Shown here one piece after another: positions 37,223 to 48,233 of a DNA stretch of 64,000 nucleotides (positions are counted from its first letter, which is position 1; each line of letters begins with the position of its first letter). The position numbers were made by a program, and so were the translations under genes. Origin of the DNA: Rhodospirillaceae bacterium (GTDB lineage: Bacteria > Pseudomonadota > Alphaproteobacteria > Dongiales > Dongiaceae); assembly GCA_008012315.1 (NCBI GenBank), contig SSEL01000033.1, forward strand, positions 5,716-69,715, given 5' to 3'. Under the pieces are notes generated by a model. It was not told the DNA's origin. It searched no databases and saw only the letters and a list, made by a program, of their open reading frames with translations.

Positions 37223-37817
37223 GATATAGCTTCTCGGTCCGCCAACCGCCATCGACGCGGTGATAGACCAGCCGGTCATGCAACCGGAAGGGACGATCTT
37301 CCCAAAACTCGATTCGCGCCGGGACGACCCGGAAACCGGACCAATAATCGGGCCGGGGGATCGTGCCGATGGGGTATTTGGCGGTATATTGGGCGACGCG
37401 CTTCTCCAGCTCGAACCGGCTTTCCAGGGGGCGCGACTGCTGCGATGCCCAGGCGCCGATCTGGCTGGCGCGCGGCCGGCTGTGATAATAGTCGTCCGCT
37501 TCCTGGTCGCTGACCGGATGGGCCGGGCCCTCGATTCGCACCTGGCGCTTCAGGGATTTCCAGTGCAGCAGCAGCGCCGCCTTACCGGTCGCCAGGAGTT
37601 GCTCGCCCTTGCGGCTTTCGAAATTCGTATAGAAGACGAATCCGACGGGGCTGGCATCCTTCAACAGCACCATGCGCAAGGATGGCTGCCCGTCGGCGTC
37701 GACCGTCGCCAGGGCCATCGCATTCGGATCATTCGGTTCATGCTTGCCTGCTTCAGCCAACCAGCGATCGAACTGCTCGAAAGGCTCAGCTTCCGGATGC
37801 AAGGTCTCTTCAGTCAT
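37218..37817 (-). CDS. pdxH: Pyridoxamine 5'-phosphate oxidase
   Basis: [60 protein letters not shown]. Confidence 0.96.
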   Translation of the reverse strand: MTEETLHPEAEPFEQFDRWLAEAGKHEPNDPNAMALATVDADGQPSLRMVLLKDASPVGFVFYTNFESRKGEQLLATGKAALLLHWKSLKRQVRIEGPAHPVSDQEADDYYHSRPRASQIGAWASQQSRPLESRFELEKRVAQYTAKYPIGTIPRPDYWSGFRVVPARIEFWEDRPFRLHDRLVYHRVDGGWRTEKLYP

Positions 37818-38036
37818 AATCCGCTCTCATTACGATAAGGACGATCTATAGCATTGATTCAGCTTGTTTGCGGGCGAATTTCAAGAACAACCGGCGGTAC
37901 TTGTATGGTGACAATCGGGCAACGACTTGGCGCCCCGCGCACCTGCAACACGGCGAAGCCAAAGTGGCCAATCAATAGCCGCTCTTGCGGGAAATCAGGA
38001 CTATGATTAACTAATCCCAGGTGAATGGGGTGATGA

Positions 38037-38951
38037 ATGGCCGATCCTTATCAACTTCTAGGAGTAGCGCGTAACGCCAGCGACGAGGAAATCAAGAAAG
38101 CCTATCGTCGGCTGGCCAAAAAGCTGCATCCGGATGTCAATCCCGGCAATAAAAAGATCGAAAACCAGTTCAAAGAGGCCACCGCCGCCTATGACCTGCT
38201 GAGCGATCCCGAGAAAAGACAGCGTTACGATCGCGGCGAAATCGATGAAAGCGGACAGCCGCGCGGTTTCGGTGGCGGCGGTTTCCGCCGGGGCCCCGGC
38301 GGCGCCAGGCGCGCACGGGATTTCGGCCTGGACGAGGAGTCCGGCGGGCCCGAGGATGTTTTTCGCGATTTCTTCGGTTTCGGCAATCGCCAGCGCGCCG
38401 GCATGCGCATGCGCGGGGCCGATGTTTCTTATCAGATCGACGTGACCTTCCTCGACGCCGCCCTGGGCAGCAAGAAGCGGCTCAACCTGACCGATGGGAA
38501 AAGCCTGGATGTCACGGTTCCGCCAGGCACCCAGACCGGCCAGACGCTGCGCCTGAAAGGCCAGGGCCTGCCCGGTGCCGGCGGCGCGACGGCCGGCGAT
38601 GCCTATGTCGAGGTGATGGTCGCCGATCATGCCTTCTTCAAGCGCGACGGCTTCGATATCCTGCTGGAAGCGCCGATCACACTTTACGAAGCGGTCCTCG
38701 GCGCCACCATCACGGTTCCGACCATTGACGGCAAGGTCGCTTTGAAGGTGCCCCAGGACAGCAATACCGGCACGCAATTGCGCCTCAAGGGCAAGGGCAT
38801 CCTCAACCCCAAGACGGGACAGCGCGGCGATCAGTATGTCCGCTTTATCGTTACCCTGCCGGATCAGGTCGACAACGACTTGCGCAGCGCCATCGAACGC
38901 TGGGCCAAAACCCACAGCTACAATGTGCGCAACAAGCTCTCCGGCCCTTAA
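38037..38951 (+). CDS. DnaJ-family (class B, CbpA-like) co-chaperone without zinc finger
   Basis: J-domain with HPD motif, G/F-rich linker, DnaJ C-terminal domain; no CxxCxGxG repeats. Confidence 0.92.
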   Translation: MADPYQLLGVARNASDEEIKKAYRRLAKKLHPDVNPGNKKIENQFKEATAAYDLLSDPEKRQRYDRGEIDESGQPRGFGGGGFRRGPGGARRARDFGLDEESGGPEDVFRDFFGFGNRQRAGMRMRGADVSYQIDVTFLDAALGSKKRLNLTDGKSLDVTVPPGTQTGQTLRLKGQGLPGAGGATAGDAYVEVMVADHAFFKRDGFDILLEAPITLYEAVLGATITVPTIDGKVALKVPQDSNTGTQLRLKGKGILNPKTGQRGDQYVRFIVTLPDQVDNDLRSAIERWAKTHSYNVRNKLSGP

Positions 38952-38981
38952 CTCATTGAACTGAATTCCAAATTTTGCACG

Positions 38982-39003
38982 GCCGGAATGGTTTCCGGCT
39001 TTC
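38982..39003 (+). terminator. Probable intrinsic terminator after the DnaJ-family gene
   Basis: GCCGGAA-TGGT-TTCCGGC followed by TTT. Confidence 0.5.
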
Positions 39004-39010
39004 CCGCGCG

Positions 39011-39038
39011 TTGACCCGGATAGGTAATGGTGTAGGAT
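39011..39038 (+). promoter_or_regulatory. Putative sigma70 promoter for fabI-aroC (TTGACC-N16-TAGGAT)
   Basis: Near-consensus hexamers 46 nt upstream of the fabI ATG. Confidence 0.55.
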
Positions 39039-39084
39039 GCCGGGCACGTCGCGATGGCGATTTTTGTATGTTGTGGGGAAGCGA

Positions 39085-39924
39085 ATGACTGAAAAAAACG
39101 GGCTGATGACCGGCAAGCGTGGATTGGTTATGGGCGTCGCGAATGACCGTTCCATCGCCTGGGGCATCGCCAAGGCAGCACATGATGCCGGTGCCGAACT
39201 GGCCTTCACCTATCAGGGCGAGGCGCTGCAAAAGCGCGTGGCGCCATTGGCGCAATCGGTCGGCGCCAAACTGGTCCTGCCCTGCGATGTGACCGACGAT
39301 GCCAGCATCGACGCCACCTTCGAGGCGATCAGGAAGGACTGGGGCAGCCTCGATTTCGTGGTCCACGCCATCGCCTTCTCCGACAAGGAGGAGTTGAAGG
39401 GCAAATACGTGTCGACCAGCCGCAAGAACTTCACCCAGACCCTGGATATTTCCTGCTTCTCCTTTACCGCCATCTGCGACCGTGCCCGCCATCTCATGCC
39501 CAATGGCGGCAGCCTGGTGACCCTGTCCTATTTCGGCGCCGAACGCGTCATGCCGCATTACAACGTCATGGGCGTTGCCAAGGCTGCCCTGGAATGCAGC
39601 GTGCGCTATCTGGCGGCCGATCTCGGCGACCAGAACATCCGGGTCAATGCGATCTCCGCCGGGCCGATCAAGACACTCGCCGCTTCGGGCATCGGTGACT
39701 TCCGCCATATCCTGCGCTGGAACGAGCTGAACTCGCCGATGAAACGCAATGTCACGATCGAGGATGTCGGCGGCGCCGGCCTCTATCTGCTCAGCGATCT
39801 GTCGCGCGGCGTGACCGGCGAGCTGCATCATGTCGATAGCGGCTATAACGTCGTCGGCATGATGCGGACGGATGCCGCCGGTGACCTTGCCGAGATGCTG
39901 AAAAACTTCAACGAGCGCGGCTGA
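39085..39924 (+). CDS. fabI: Enoyl-ACP reductase
   Basis: [49 protein letters not shown]. Confidence 0.96.
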   Translation: MTEKNGLMTGKRGLVMGVANDRSIAWGIAKAAHDAGAELAFTYQGEALQKRVAPLAQSVGAKLVLPCDVTDDASIDATFEAIRKDWGSLDFVVHAIAFSDKEELKGKYVSTSRKNFTQTLDISCFSFTAICDRARHLMPNGGSLVTLSYFGAERVMPHYNVMGVAKAALECSVRYLAADLGDQNIRVNAISAGPIKTLAASGIGDFRHILRWNELNSPMKRNVTIEDVGGAGLYLLSDLSRGVTGELHHVDSGYNVVGMMRTDAAGDLAEMLKNFNERG

Positions 39925-39940
39925 GCCGCAATCGATCGAT

Positions 39941-41062
39941 ATGTCGCATAACAGTTTTGGCCATCTGTTCCGTTTCACCACCTGGGGCGAAAGCCATGGC
40001 CCGGCTTTGGGCTGCGTGGTGGACGGGACCCCGCCGGGCATTGCACTGACCGAAGCCGATATTCAAACCTGGCTCGACAAGCGCAAGCCCGGCCAATCGC
40101 GTTTCGTTACCCAGCGGCGTGAACCGGATCAGGTGGAAATCCTCTCCGGCGTCTTCGACGGCAAGACGACCGGCACGCCGATCTCCCTGCTGATCCGCAA
40201 TGAGGATCAACGCAGCAAGGATTACGGCAAGATCAAGGATCAGTTCCGCCCCGGTCATGCCGATTACACCTATTGGGCCAAATACGGCATCCGCGATTAT
40301 CGCGGTGGCGGCCGCTCCTCGGCCCGAGAAACCGCTGCTCGTGTCGCGGCCGGCGGCGTTGCCCGGCTGGTGCTGCAGCACCTCCTTGGTAAGGACGCGG
40401 CCATTCGAGGTGCCCTTGTCCAGATCGGCAACCGGCAGATCGACCGCAACAACTGGGACTGGGCGCAGACTGGGCAGAATCCCTTCTGGTGCCCCGATGC
40501 AGCCATGGCGGCGCAATGGGAGAGCTATCTCGATCAGGTGCGCAAGGCCGGTTCCTCGATCGGTGCCGTCGTCGAAGTGGTGGCAAGCGGCATTCCCGCC
40601 GGCCTCGGCGCGCCGATCTACGGCAAGCTCGATGCGGATCTCGCCAGTGCCATGATGAGCATCAATGCGGTAAAAGGTGTCGAGATCGGCGCCGGTTTTG
40701 CCTCTGCTGCGCTCAGCGGTGAGGAAAATGCCGATGAGATGCGCATGGCCCATGGCACTGCCGGTGCCAATGCGGCGAAGGACGGCCAGGTCGAGTTCCT
40801 GTCGAACAAGGCCGGCGGTGTCTTGGGCGGCATTTCCACCGGCCAGGATGTGGTCGTGCGGTTCGCCGTGAAGCCGACCTCGTCGATCCTGACCCCGCGC
40901 AAGAGCGTCGATACCGAGGGCCACGAGGTAGATGTCTCGACCACCGGCCGCCATGATCCTTGTGTCGGCATCCGTGCCGTGCCGGTGGGCGAGGCGATGA
41001 TGGCGATCGTGCTGGCCGATCATCTGCTGCGCCATCGCGCGCAATGCGGTTTTCCAAGCTGA
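39941..41062 (+). CDS. aroC: Chorismate synthase
   Basis: [35 protein letters not shown]. Confidence 0.97.
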   Translation: MSHNSFGHLFRFTTWGESHGPALGCVVDGTPPGIALTEADIQTWLDKRKPGQSRFVTQRREPDQVEILSGVFDGKTTGTPISLLIRNEDQRSKDYGKIKDQFRPGHADYTYWAKYGIRDYRGGGRSSARETAARVAAGGVARLVLQHLLGKDAAIRGALVQIGNRQIDRNNWDWAQTGQNPFWCPDAAMAAQWESYLDQVRKAGSSIGAVVEVVASGIPAGLGAPIYGKLDADLASAMMSINAVKGVEIGAGFASAALSGEENADEMRMAHGTAGANAAKDGQVEFLSNKAGGVLGGISTGQDVVVRFAVKPTSSILTPRKSVDTEGHEVDVSTTGRHDPCVGIRAVPVGEAMMAIVLADHLLRHRAQCGFPS

Positions 41063-41092
41063 TCATCCAGTCACGTCCGAGGAGTGAAGGTA

Positions 41093-41932
41093 ATGTCGGA
41101 TTTCGTCGCCGCCATGATCTTCCCGCAATGGCAAGGGGCCGCCCGGACGATCGGCTATGCCGCCGGTACGCGTCTTCTCGGCAGCCTGTTGCCACCATCC
41201 CTGCCGCAGCACGATGTTGCCTGCGACGCCAGCGCTGAGCCGCTCGTATTTCAGGATCATGTGAAGGGTCTTGATATCCTGGCGCGCCAGGCCGATCGTG
41301 CCGCCGCTCTTCGTCGGACACTCCCGGCTGGTCCCGTGCTCACGATCGGTGGCGATTGCGCCGCCGATCTGACGACCGCTGCCTGGGCACACGAGCAGAT
41401 GCCGGACGATGTCGCGTTGATCTGGATCGATGGCCATGCCGATCTCAACACGCCCGCCAGTTCGCCCAGCGGTCATTTCCACGGCATGGTAGTCCGCAGC
41501 CTGATGGGCGAAGGTCCGGTCGCCTTGATCCGGCATGTCGCCTGCGCCTACGCACCGCATCAGGTCTTCTACATATCGGCACGCGATTGCGATTCCGCGG
41601 AGAGCGACGATATCGCCAGGCTCGATCTCTTCCGCTTGTCGGCGCCGGATCGAATTGACGATCTCATCGCTGCGATCGCCGGCCGCGGCCTTAGCCGGAT
41701 CTATCTCCATCTCGATCTCGATGTGCTCGATCCCGAGGCCTTTCCCTATGTCGGGGTTCCTGCCGCCCAGGGCCTGACGGTCGAAGCTCTTTGCCGAGTC
41801 CTGCAACACCTGCGCCGGCATTTCCCGCTGGCCGGCGCCGCCATCACCGAACTCAATCTGGCGAATGACGACGATGCCCGCGCGGCGCAGCCGGCCTTGC
41901 GGAAGATTCTTTCCGAGGGCTTCGGGCTTTAA
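41093..41932 (+). CDS. Arginase/ureohydrolase family protein
   Basis: TIGGDC, WIDGHADLN, SGHFHGM, HLDLDVLDP motifs. Confidence 0.85.
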   Translation: MSDFVAAMIFPQWQGAARTIGYAAGTRLLGSLLPPSLPQHDVACDASAEPLVFQDHVKGLDILARQADRAAALRRTLPAGPVLTIGGDCAADLTTAAWAHEQMPDDVALIWIDGHADLNTPASSPSGHFHGMVVRSLMGEGPVALIRHVACAYAPHQVFYISARDCDSAESDDIARLDLFRLSAPDRIDDLIAAIAGRGLSRIYLHLDLDVLDPEAFPYVGVPAAQGLTVEALCRVLQHLRRHFPLAGAAITELNLANDDDARAAQPALRKILSEGFGL

Positions 41933-41937
41933 ATTCG

Positions 41938-43269
41938 TCAGCGCTCGAAACGTCCGACCACTTCCACATGCGATGACCAGATGAACTGATCGACAATGGT
42001 CAGGCCCGTCAGCCGGAACCCGCCATCGATCAGGATACGGGCATCCCGGGCAAAGCTGGCGGGATTGCAGGAAACGCCGATGGCGCGCGGCACAACCGAT
42101 TTCGCGAGCTGCTCGGCCTGTTCCCTCGCACCAGCCCGCGGCGGATCGAAAACGACCATGTCGAATTTCTTCAGCTCTTCGGGCATCAGCGGCGCGTCGT
42201 CCAGATCGCGCCGCAGAACCTCCACTCGATCGGACAGCAAAGCCCGCCGGGCTGCCGCCGCCAAAGCCTGAACCGCCGGCTTCGATCCTTCTACCGCTGT
42301 CACCTTGGCGCGCCTGGCCAGCGGGAAACTGAAGGTTCCGCATCCGGCAAAAAGATCAGCGACATGATTGGCCGTCTCGAAACCCGCCAGCACGGCATCG
42401 CGCAGCGCAACCTCGCCCTCAAGGCTCGGCTGCAAGAAGGATTGATGCGGCAGGTCGACCGGCACATTGGCAAAACGAACCTGCGGCATGTGCAACTGGG
42501 CGATCGGTTCCGGCTGCATGTGTCCCTTCTTGCCGGCAGTGATCCAAGAAATACGGGCGATACCGCCGATCTGGCTCAAATCGGCCAAAGCGAAACGCTG
42601 CTTATTCGTCGGCTCGGCCTTCGCGGTGATCAAAAGATCGAGGCCGGTCTCGCTTTCGGTCGCCAGCAGATCCCAGGCCTCGCCGACAGCAAGCGCGTCG
42701 CGCAGATGTCTGCGCAATTCCTCAGTCAGGGCGAAGAGGCGCGGCGTTAACAACAGGCATTGCCGCAGATCGACCACGTCATGGCTGAACGTGCGGTGAA
42801 ACCCGATATGGCAGGCGCCTTTCCGGCCCAGGATGGCAAAAACCGCGCGACGGCGCGTGCCGGCGGGAATGAAGACGGCCTTGACCGATCCAGGCATCTC
42901 GATCGCCCGCTGCGCCAGCGTATGACGCACACCCTCGATTTTCCATCGACGATAAGCGGCAAGATCGAGATGCTGCATGGCGCAGCCGCCGCAGATACCG
43001 AAATGCCGGCATGAAGCAACAACGCGATCGGTCGCCGGTTCCAAAACATCGACCAGATAGCCGACCCGCCCTTCGCCTCGGGTCGCACCAAGGCGCAGGC
43101 GCACCCGCTCGCCCGGCAAGGCAAAAGGCGCGAAAACCGGACGGTTTTCATACTGCGTTATGCCGTCGCCCTGCTGGCCGAGGCTGTCGATCGTCAACTC
43201 GGCGGTAACCGCCGGCGGTGTCGGCGGCGCCGGTCGTTTTCCTTTTGGCGGGCGTCGATGGCGTGTCAT
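41938..43269 (-). CDS. rlmD: 23S rRNA (uracil-5)-methyltransferase, RlmD/TrmA family
   Basis: TRAM-like N-terminus, CRHFGICGGCAMQH Fe-S motif, SFLQ, DLFAGCGTF, DPPRAG, VSCNPASFARD, HVE. Confidence 0.9.
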   Translation of the reverse strand: MTRHRRPPKGKRPAPPTPPAVTAELTIDSLGQQGDGITQYENRPVFAPFALPGERVRLRLGATRGEGRVGYLVDVLEPATDRVVASCRHFGICGGCAMQHLDLAAYRRWKIEGVRHTLAQRAIEMPGSVKAVFIPAGTRRRAVFAILGRKGACHIGFHRTFSHDVVDLRQCLLLTPRLFALTEELRRHLRDALAVGEAWDLLATESETGLDLLITAKAEPTNKQRFALADLSQIGGIARISWITAGKKGHMQPEPIAQLHMPQVRFANVPVDLPHQSFLQPSLEGEVALRDAVLAGFETANHVADLFAGCGTFSFPLARRAKVTAVEGSKPAVQALAAAARRALLSDRVEVLRRDLDDAPLMPEELKKFDMVVFDPPRAGAREQAEQLAKSVVPRAIGVSCNPASFARDARILIDGGFRLTGLTIVDQFIWSSHVEVVGRFER

Positions 43270-43377
43270 TGCGGCGCAGGTCTCCCTGGGATTTTCCACG
43301 GTGACAAGCGACAGACAGAGATAAGTCGATAGGCTATCATGCGTAACCAGGCGGAGCAGTAAGGAGAAGATCGCGTT

Positions 43378-45174
43378 ATGTCTGTCATCCGGTTTCTAGG
43401 CAAGCTTGTCTTGTGGGTATGCGTCGTCGCCGGTGCTTTTCTCATCATTGCCCTGGTCGCCGGCGGTCTTGTCATGCGCCATTTTGTCGAAAGTCCGAAG
43501 CCGATACCAGCCCATGCGACATTGACGCTGGATCTGAGCAAGGGTGTCACGGAACAGCCTTCCGCCTTCCCGTTCAACTTAGGCAAGGGCCTCACCATAA
43601 CGGACATCGTGCGCGGCCTGGATGCCGCCAGCCGGGACGACAGGATCGACGGGCTGGTCGTCTATGCCGGGCGCGGTGAAATCAACATCGCCCAGGTTCA
43701 GGAAATCCGCGATGCCATCCTCGCCTTCCGCCGCGCCGGCAAGAGAGTCCAGGCCTTCGCCGAATCCTTTGGCGAAGGTGGTGACGGTACGCTCCATTAC
43801 TATCTGGCAAGTGCCGCCGACAAGATCACCTTGCAGCCTTCCGGCGATCTGCGCCTGACCGGCTTTCATCTGGAAACACCTTTTCTGAAAGGAATCTTTG
43901 ATCGCATCGGCATCACGGCACGGATGGGGCAACGCAAGGAATTCAAGGGTGCCGTCAATACCTTCACGCAGTCGTCGATGCCCGATCCGCAGCGCCAGAA
44001 CATGCAGCAACTGGCGGATTCCTGGCTGAATGAACTGGTGACCGATGTCGCCCGCGACCGCAAGCTCGATCCCAAAGCGGTGCGAGCCGCAATCGATCGC
44101 GCGCCGCTGACTGCGGCCGAAGGCAAATCGCTCGGCCTGGTCGATGACCTTGCCTATCGCGATGCCATCGACCAGCCGTTGCGGATCGATCCCGACAAGG
44201 ACGAGACGGTCGAGCTCGCCACCTATGCAAAGCAGATTCCCGTCCCTTCCAAGGACAGCCCCGCCATCGCCACCATCTACGGCACCGGTCCGGTCATCCT
44301 GGCGAGCAGCGAAAACGATCCCTTCAGTGGCAGCGTGACCATGGGGGCCGATACCATTCGCGACGCGATTGACGATGCGATCGACGATCATGTATCGGCG
44401 ATCATCCTGCGCATCGATTCGCCGGGCGGCTCTTACGTCGCCGCCGACACGATCTGGCGGGCGGTCAACCGGGCACGGGCCGCCAACATTCCGGTCATCG
44501 TCTCGATGGCCGGCCTCGCGGCTTCCGGCGGCTATTTCGTCGCCGCACCAGCCACCAAGATCGTCGCCCAGCCTGGTACTATCACCGGCTCGATCGGCGT
44601 CTTCGGCGGCAAGGTCATCGTCGGCGGCCTGCTGAAGAACCTGTCGATCGGCGTCGACGGCATTTCGGCCGGCAACCAGGCCGATATCGACAGCCCGACG
44701 CAGGATTACTCCAAAGGTGAATGGAACAATCTGCAGCACAGCCTGGACACCATCTATGCCGATTTCGTCGGCAAGGTTGCGTCAGGCCGGCGGCTCGACC
44801 CCAGCAAGACCGAAGCGGTCGCCCAAGGCCAGATCTGGACCGGCGCCGACGCCAAGGATCGCGGGCTGGTCGATGCCCTTGGCGGCTGGTCGGTCGCCAT
44901 CGAGCTGGCCAAAGAGGAAGCCGGCTTCAAACGGGAGACCCAGGTCCGGCTGGTTTCCTATCCGTCGGAACAACAGGAGACCGCGAAACTGGTGTCGCAG
45001 TTCCTGGGCGGACATGTGATGGGCGACCTGCAACCAGCCGTGTTGCAACGCTGGGCAACGCGCCTTGGCCTCACCAGCAAGGGTTTGACCGACATCCTCA
45101 CGCAGGGATCGAGCCGGCAGCAGCTACCGGAAGTGATGATGCCACCGTTCAGTGTGAACGGCGTGCTGCAATAA
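43378..45174 (+). CDS. sppA: Signal peptide peptidase SppA (long form)
   Basis: N-terminal TM, YYLASAADKI, RIDSPGGS, SMAGLAASGGY, TGSIGV, QGQIWTG. Confidence 0.93.
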   Translation: MSVIRFLGKLVLWVCVVAGAFLIIALVAGGLVMRHFVESPKPIPAHATLTLDLSKGVTEQPSAFPFNLGKGLTITDIVRGLDAASRDDRIDGLVVYAGRGEINIAQVQEIRDAILAFRRAGKRVQAFAESFGEGGDGTLHYYLASAADKITLQPSGDLRLTGFHLETPFLKGIFDRIGITARMGQRKEFKGAVNTFTQSSMPDPQRQNMQQLADSWLNELVTDVARDRKLDPKAVRAAIDRAPLTAAEGKSLGLVDDLAYRDAIDQPLRIDPDKDETVELATYAKQIPVPSKDSPAIATIYGTGPVILASSENDPFSGSVTMGADTIRDAIDDAIDDHVSAIILRIDSPGGSYVAADTIWRAVNRARAANIPVIVSMAGLAASGGYFVAAPATKIVAQPGTITGSIGVFGGKVIVGGLLKNLSIGVDGISAGNQADIDSPTQDYSKGEWNNLQHSLDTIYADFVGKVASGRRLDPSKTEAVAQGQIWTGADAKDRGLVDALGGWSVAIELAKEEAGFKRETQVRLVSYPSEQQETAKLVSQFLGGHVMGDLQPAVLQRWATRLGLTSKGLTDILTQGSSRQQLPEVMMPPFSVNGVLQ

Positions 45175-45889
45175 GGAATTCCTTATTCCCTTCCGGCCCA
45201 AGGATCGGGCTGTCGGTGACGCCGATCACCGACCAGCCCGGCAAGCCGGCGAACCAGGCGGTGATGCGCTCGATCACCGCCTGGTGCAAAGCCGGATCGC
45301 GCACGACGCCCCCCTTCCCCACCTGACGGGGGCCGACTTCGAATTGCGGCTTGATCAGTGCAATGGCCCGGGCTTCCGGCCTGGTCAGGCCAAGTGCTGC
45401 CGGCAGCACCACCTGCAGGCCGATGAAACTGGCATCGCAGACGACGATATCGAGCGATTCCGGGATCTGCGCCGCATCGAGGTTACGGGCATTGGTTTTT
45501 TCCAGCACCACGACACGGTGATCGGTGCGCAACTTCCAGGCCAATTGCCCCTGGCCAACATCGACTGCATAGACCTTGGCCGCACCCTTCGCCAGCAGCA
45601 CATCGGTGAAGCCGCCGGTCGAGGCACCGATATCGGCGCCGATCAGGCCGGTGGGATCGATCGCAAAATGCTCCAGTCCATGCGCCAGCTTCAAGCCGCC
45701 GCGCGAGACCCAGGGATGGTCCTGGCCCTTGAGGATCAGTTCGGCATCGGTTGCAATGGTCTGCCCCGGCTTATCGATGCGCTGGGTACCGGTATAGACC
45801 AGCCCGGCCATGATCAGCGCCTGCGCCTTCGCCCGGCTTTCAACCAGGCCACGATCGAGCAGCAATTTATCAACCCGTTCCTTGGCCAT
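45149..45889 (-). CDS. tlyA: TlyA family rRNA 2'-O-methyltransferase
   Basis: RVDKLLLDRGL S4-like domain, WVSRGGLKL, DIGASTGGFTDVLL, DASFI, LIKPQFE, GPEGNKEFL. Confidence 0.94.
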   Translation of the reverse strand: MAKERVDKLLLDRGLVESRAKAQALIMAGLVYTGTQRIDKPGQTIATDAELILKGQDHPWVSRGGLKLAHGLEHFAIDPTGLIGADIGASTGGFTDVLLAKGAAKVYAVDVGQGQLAWKLRTDHRVVVLEKTNARNLDAAQIPESLDIVVCDASFIGLQVVLPAALGLTRPEARAIALIKPQFEVGPRQVGKGGVVRDPALHQAVIERITAWFAGLPGWSVIGVTDSPILGPEGNKEFLIAARRSH

Positions 45890-45897
45890 GACTGCTC

Positions 45898-47328
45898 CTA
45901 TGTCGGAATTGCCGCCATGCCGACGACATAACGATGCGCCATCTGCTTCCAGCGCAGGAACAGCAAGGCCGCCGAGACGACAAGGCCGATCGCCAATCCC
46001 CACCACAGACCAGGACCGGCGAAGCCGAAATTGAAGGCGAGCAGATAGCCGCTGCCGAGACCCGCCGCCCAATAGCCGCAACCGCAGAGGATCATCGGCA
46101 CCTTGGTGTCCTTGAGCCCGCGCAGGGAGCCGATGGTCGCGACCTGCAATCCATCGACCAATTGGAACAAAGCAGCGATCGGCATCAGCGTCACCCCCAT
46201 GGCGACAGCCGCCGCATTGGCCGGGTCATTTACATTCATATACAACGACAGGAGCGTATGCGGCATGAAACTGAGGGCCATCGCCGCAAACAGCATCCAG
46301 ATCATGCTGAGGCAGATGGCGATATAGCCGGAGCGCCGCGCATCGCGCGCAGCCCCACGGCCGATCGCATAGCCGACCCGAACCGTCGCCGCCTGGCTGA
46401 TCGAATAGGGGATCATGAAACTGATCGAGGTCAAATTGATGACCGCGTTATGCGCGGCCAAGGTAGCAACGCCGAACTCACCCATCAAAAGGGTCGAAAC
46501 CATGAACAGTCCGGATTCGAAGGCATAACCGGCCGCGATCGGCCAGCCGACCCGCCAGAGATCGATGAAGATCGCCTTGTCATGGCGCAGCAGGTCGCTG
46601 AACACATGATACGAACGCAACATGCTATCCCGGTTGATATAGACGACCAGGCTGATCAACTGCAGCCATTGCACGATCGACATCGTCAGGCCGATGCCGG
46701 GAACGCCCATGGCCGGGAAGCCGAAAGCGCCATACATCGTCACGTAATTGCCGAGCAATGTAAGTGGCAGGGCGCCGAGAATAATGATGGTGACGACAAC
46801 CGGCCGACCGAGAACGGTCACATAGTTCCGCAGCACCGTGAACCAGAGCACCGCCGGGATCGAGGCCATGCCGAGCAGCAGCAGCGTGCCGATCCAGTCC
46901 ACGATCTGATTTTCGTAATGTCCGGATAATCGCAGCAAGGGCGCGACGGCGAGGATGATCAGGCAAGCCGGTAGAGCGAGGCAGGTGGCGAAACGCAGGC
47001 CCTGCCGCACCACCCGGCTGACCATCGCCGCATCACCGGCGCCATGAGCCTGGGCGCCCAAAGCGCTGACGCTGCCGATCGCCCCCATGGGCAGCAGATG
47101 GAAGACGAACAGCATCTGTACGCCGAGGCCCGCCGCGGCGAGATCGGCGGCGCCAAGCCGGCCCGCCATGACGTAGTCGGCGACACTCATCCCCATCTCG
47201 GCCAGCAAACCAGCCGCGATCGGCGCCGACAGGCTCAGTGTCGCCAGAACTTCCTGGATCCAGGTCCAGCGCCGCCAGCTTCCCCGGCGATCTGCAGGAT
47301 CCCGGTTTGGCTGGGCCGCGCTGGCCAT
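45898..47328 (-). CDS. MATE family efflux transporter (NorM-like)
   Basis: Twelve TM segments; LGNYVTMYGAFGFPAMGVPGIG, FQLVDGLQV...GSLRGLKDTKVP. Confidence 0.92.
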   Translation of the reverse strand: MASAAQPNRDPADRRGSWRRWTWIQEVLATLSLSAPIAAGLLAEMGMSVADYVMAGRLGAADLAAAGLGVQMLFVFHLLPMGAIGSVSALGAQAHGAGDAAMVSRVVRQGLRFATCLALPACLIILAVAPLLRLSGHYENQIVDWIGTLLLLGMASIPAVLWFTVLRNYVTVLGRPVVVTIIILGALPLTLLGNYVTMYGAFGFPAMGVPGIGLTMSIVQWLQLISLVVYINRDSMLRSYHVFSDLLRHDKAIFIDLWRVGWPIAAGYAFESGLFMVSTLLMGEFGVATLAAHNAVINLTSISFMIPYSISQAATVRVGYAIGRGAARDARRSGYIAICLSMIWMLFAAMALSFMPHTLLSLYMNVNDPANAAAVAMGVTLMPIAALFQLVDGLQVATIGSLRGLKDTKVPMILCGCGYWAAGLGSGYLLAFNFGFAGPGLWWGLAIGLVVSAALLFLRWKQMAHRYVVGMAAIPT

Positions 47329-47340
47329 TGGATCCTCGTA

Positions 47341-48225
47341 TCAATTTTTCCGGGTCAGGACGAATTCCGTCATCCAACGCAGCGGATCGGCCTTGGCGCC
47401 GAACATGTCGAGATGGCTGTTGGCCTGCTGCCCCAGCAGCTTCGCCTGATCGCGCGCCCGGTCGACGCCCAGGATGGAAACGAAGGTCGCTTTGCCCGCC
47501 TTGGCATCCGCACCGACCGGCTTGCCGGTGGTTTCGGCATCGCCCTCGGCATCGAGCAGATCGTCGACGATCTGGAAGGCGAGGCCGAGATCATGCGCAT
47601 AGGAAATCAGCGCGTGACGCTGCGCCATCGAGGCATGGCCAAGAATGCCGCCCGCCTCGCAGGAGAAAGCGATGATCGCGCCGGTCTTCAGGCGCTGCAG
47701 CCGGGTGATGGCGCCGATATCGAGCTCGTTCTTCTCGGCCCAGAGATCGATCATCTGGCCGCCGACCATGCCGGCAGCACCACCGGCCTTCGCCAGGGCC
47801 AGAACCAGATCGGCACGAACTTGTCCATCCGGATGAGTCTTCGGATCGGCCAGCACCTCGAAGGCCATGGTCAGGAGACCGTCGCCGGCCAGGATCGCCG
47901 TCGCTTCATCGAAGGCCTTGTGGGCCGTCGGCCGGCCACGGCGCAGATCGCTATCATCCATCGCCGGCAGATCGTCATGCACCAGGCTGTAGCAATGCAG
48001 CATCTCGATCGCCGCCGCGGCGCGCACGGCATATTCGCTGTAAACGTCGAAGAGCGCTGCGCTGTTGATCAGCAGATAAGGACGAATCCGCTTGCCGCCG
48101 CCCATGGTCGCGTAGCGCATGGCATCGAGAACGCGGTTCTCTGCGCCGTCCACTGGCGGCAGCAGGTCGGTGAGCAGACGATTGACCGCACCAGCGGCCT
48201 CATTCAGGGCGATATCGATCGACAC
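47341..48225 (-). CDS. ispA: Farnesyl diphosphate synthase / geranyltranstransferase
   Basis: GGKRIRP, YSLVHDDLPAMDDSDLRRG (FARM), AFQIVDDLLD (SARM). Confidence 0.95.
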   Translation of the reverse strand: MSIDIALNEAAGAVNRLLTDLLPPVDGAENRVLDAMRYATMGGGKRIRPYLLINSAALFDVYSEYAVRAAAAIEMLHCYSLVHDDLPAMDDSDLRRGRPTAHKAFDEATAILAGDGLLTMAFEVLADPKTHPDGQVRADLVLALAKAGGAAGMVGGQMIDLWAEKNELDIGAITRLQRLKTGAIIAFSCEAGGILGHASMAQRHALISYAHDLGLAFQIVDDLLDAEGDAETTGKPVGADAKAGKATFVSILGVDRARDQAKLLGQQANSHLDMFGAKADPLRWMTEFVLTRKN

Positions 48226-48233
48226 GGAAAACC

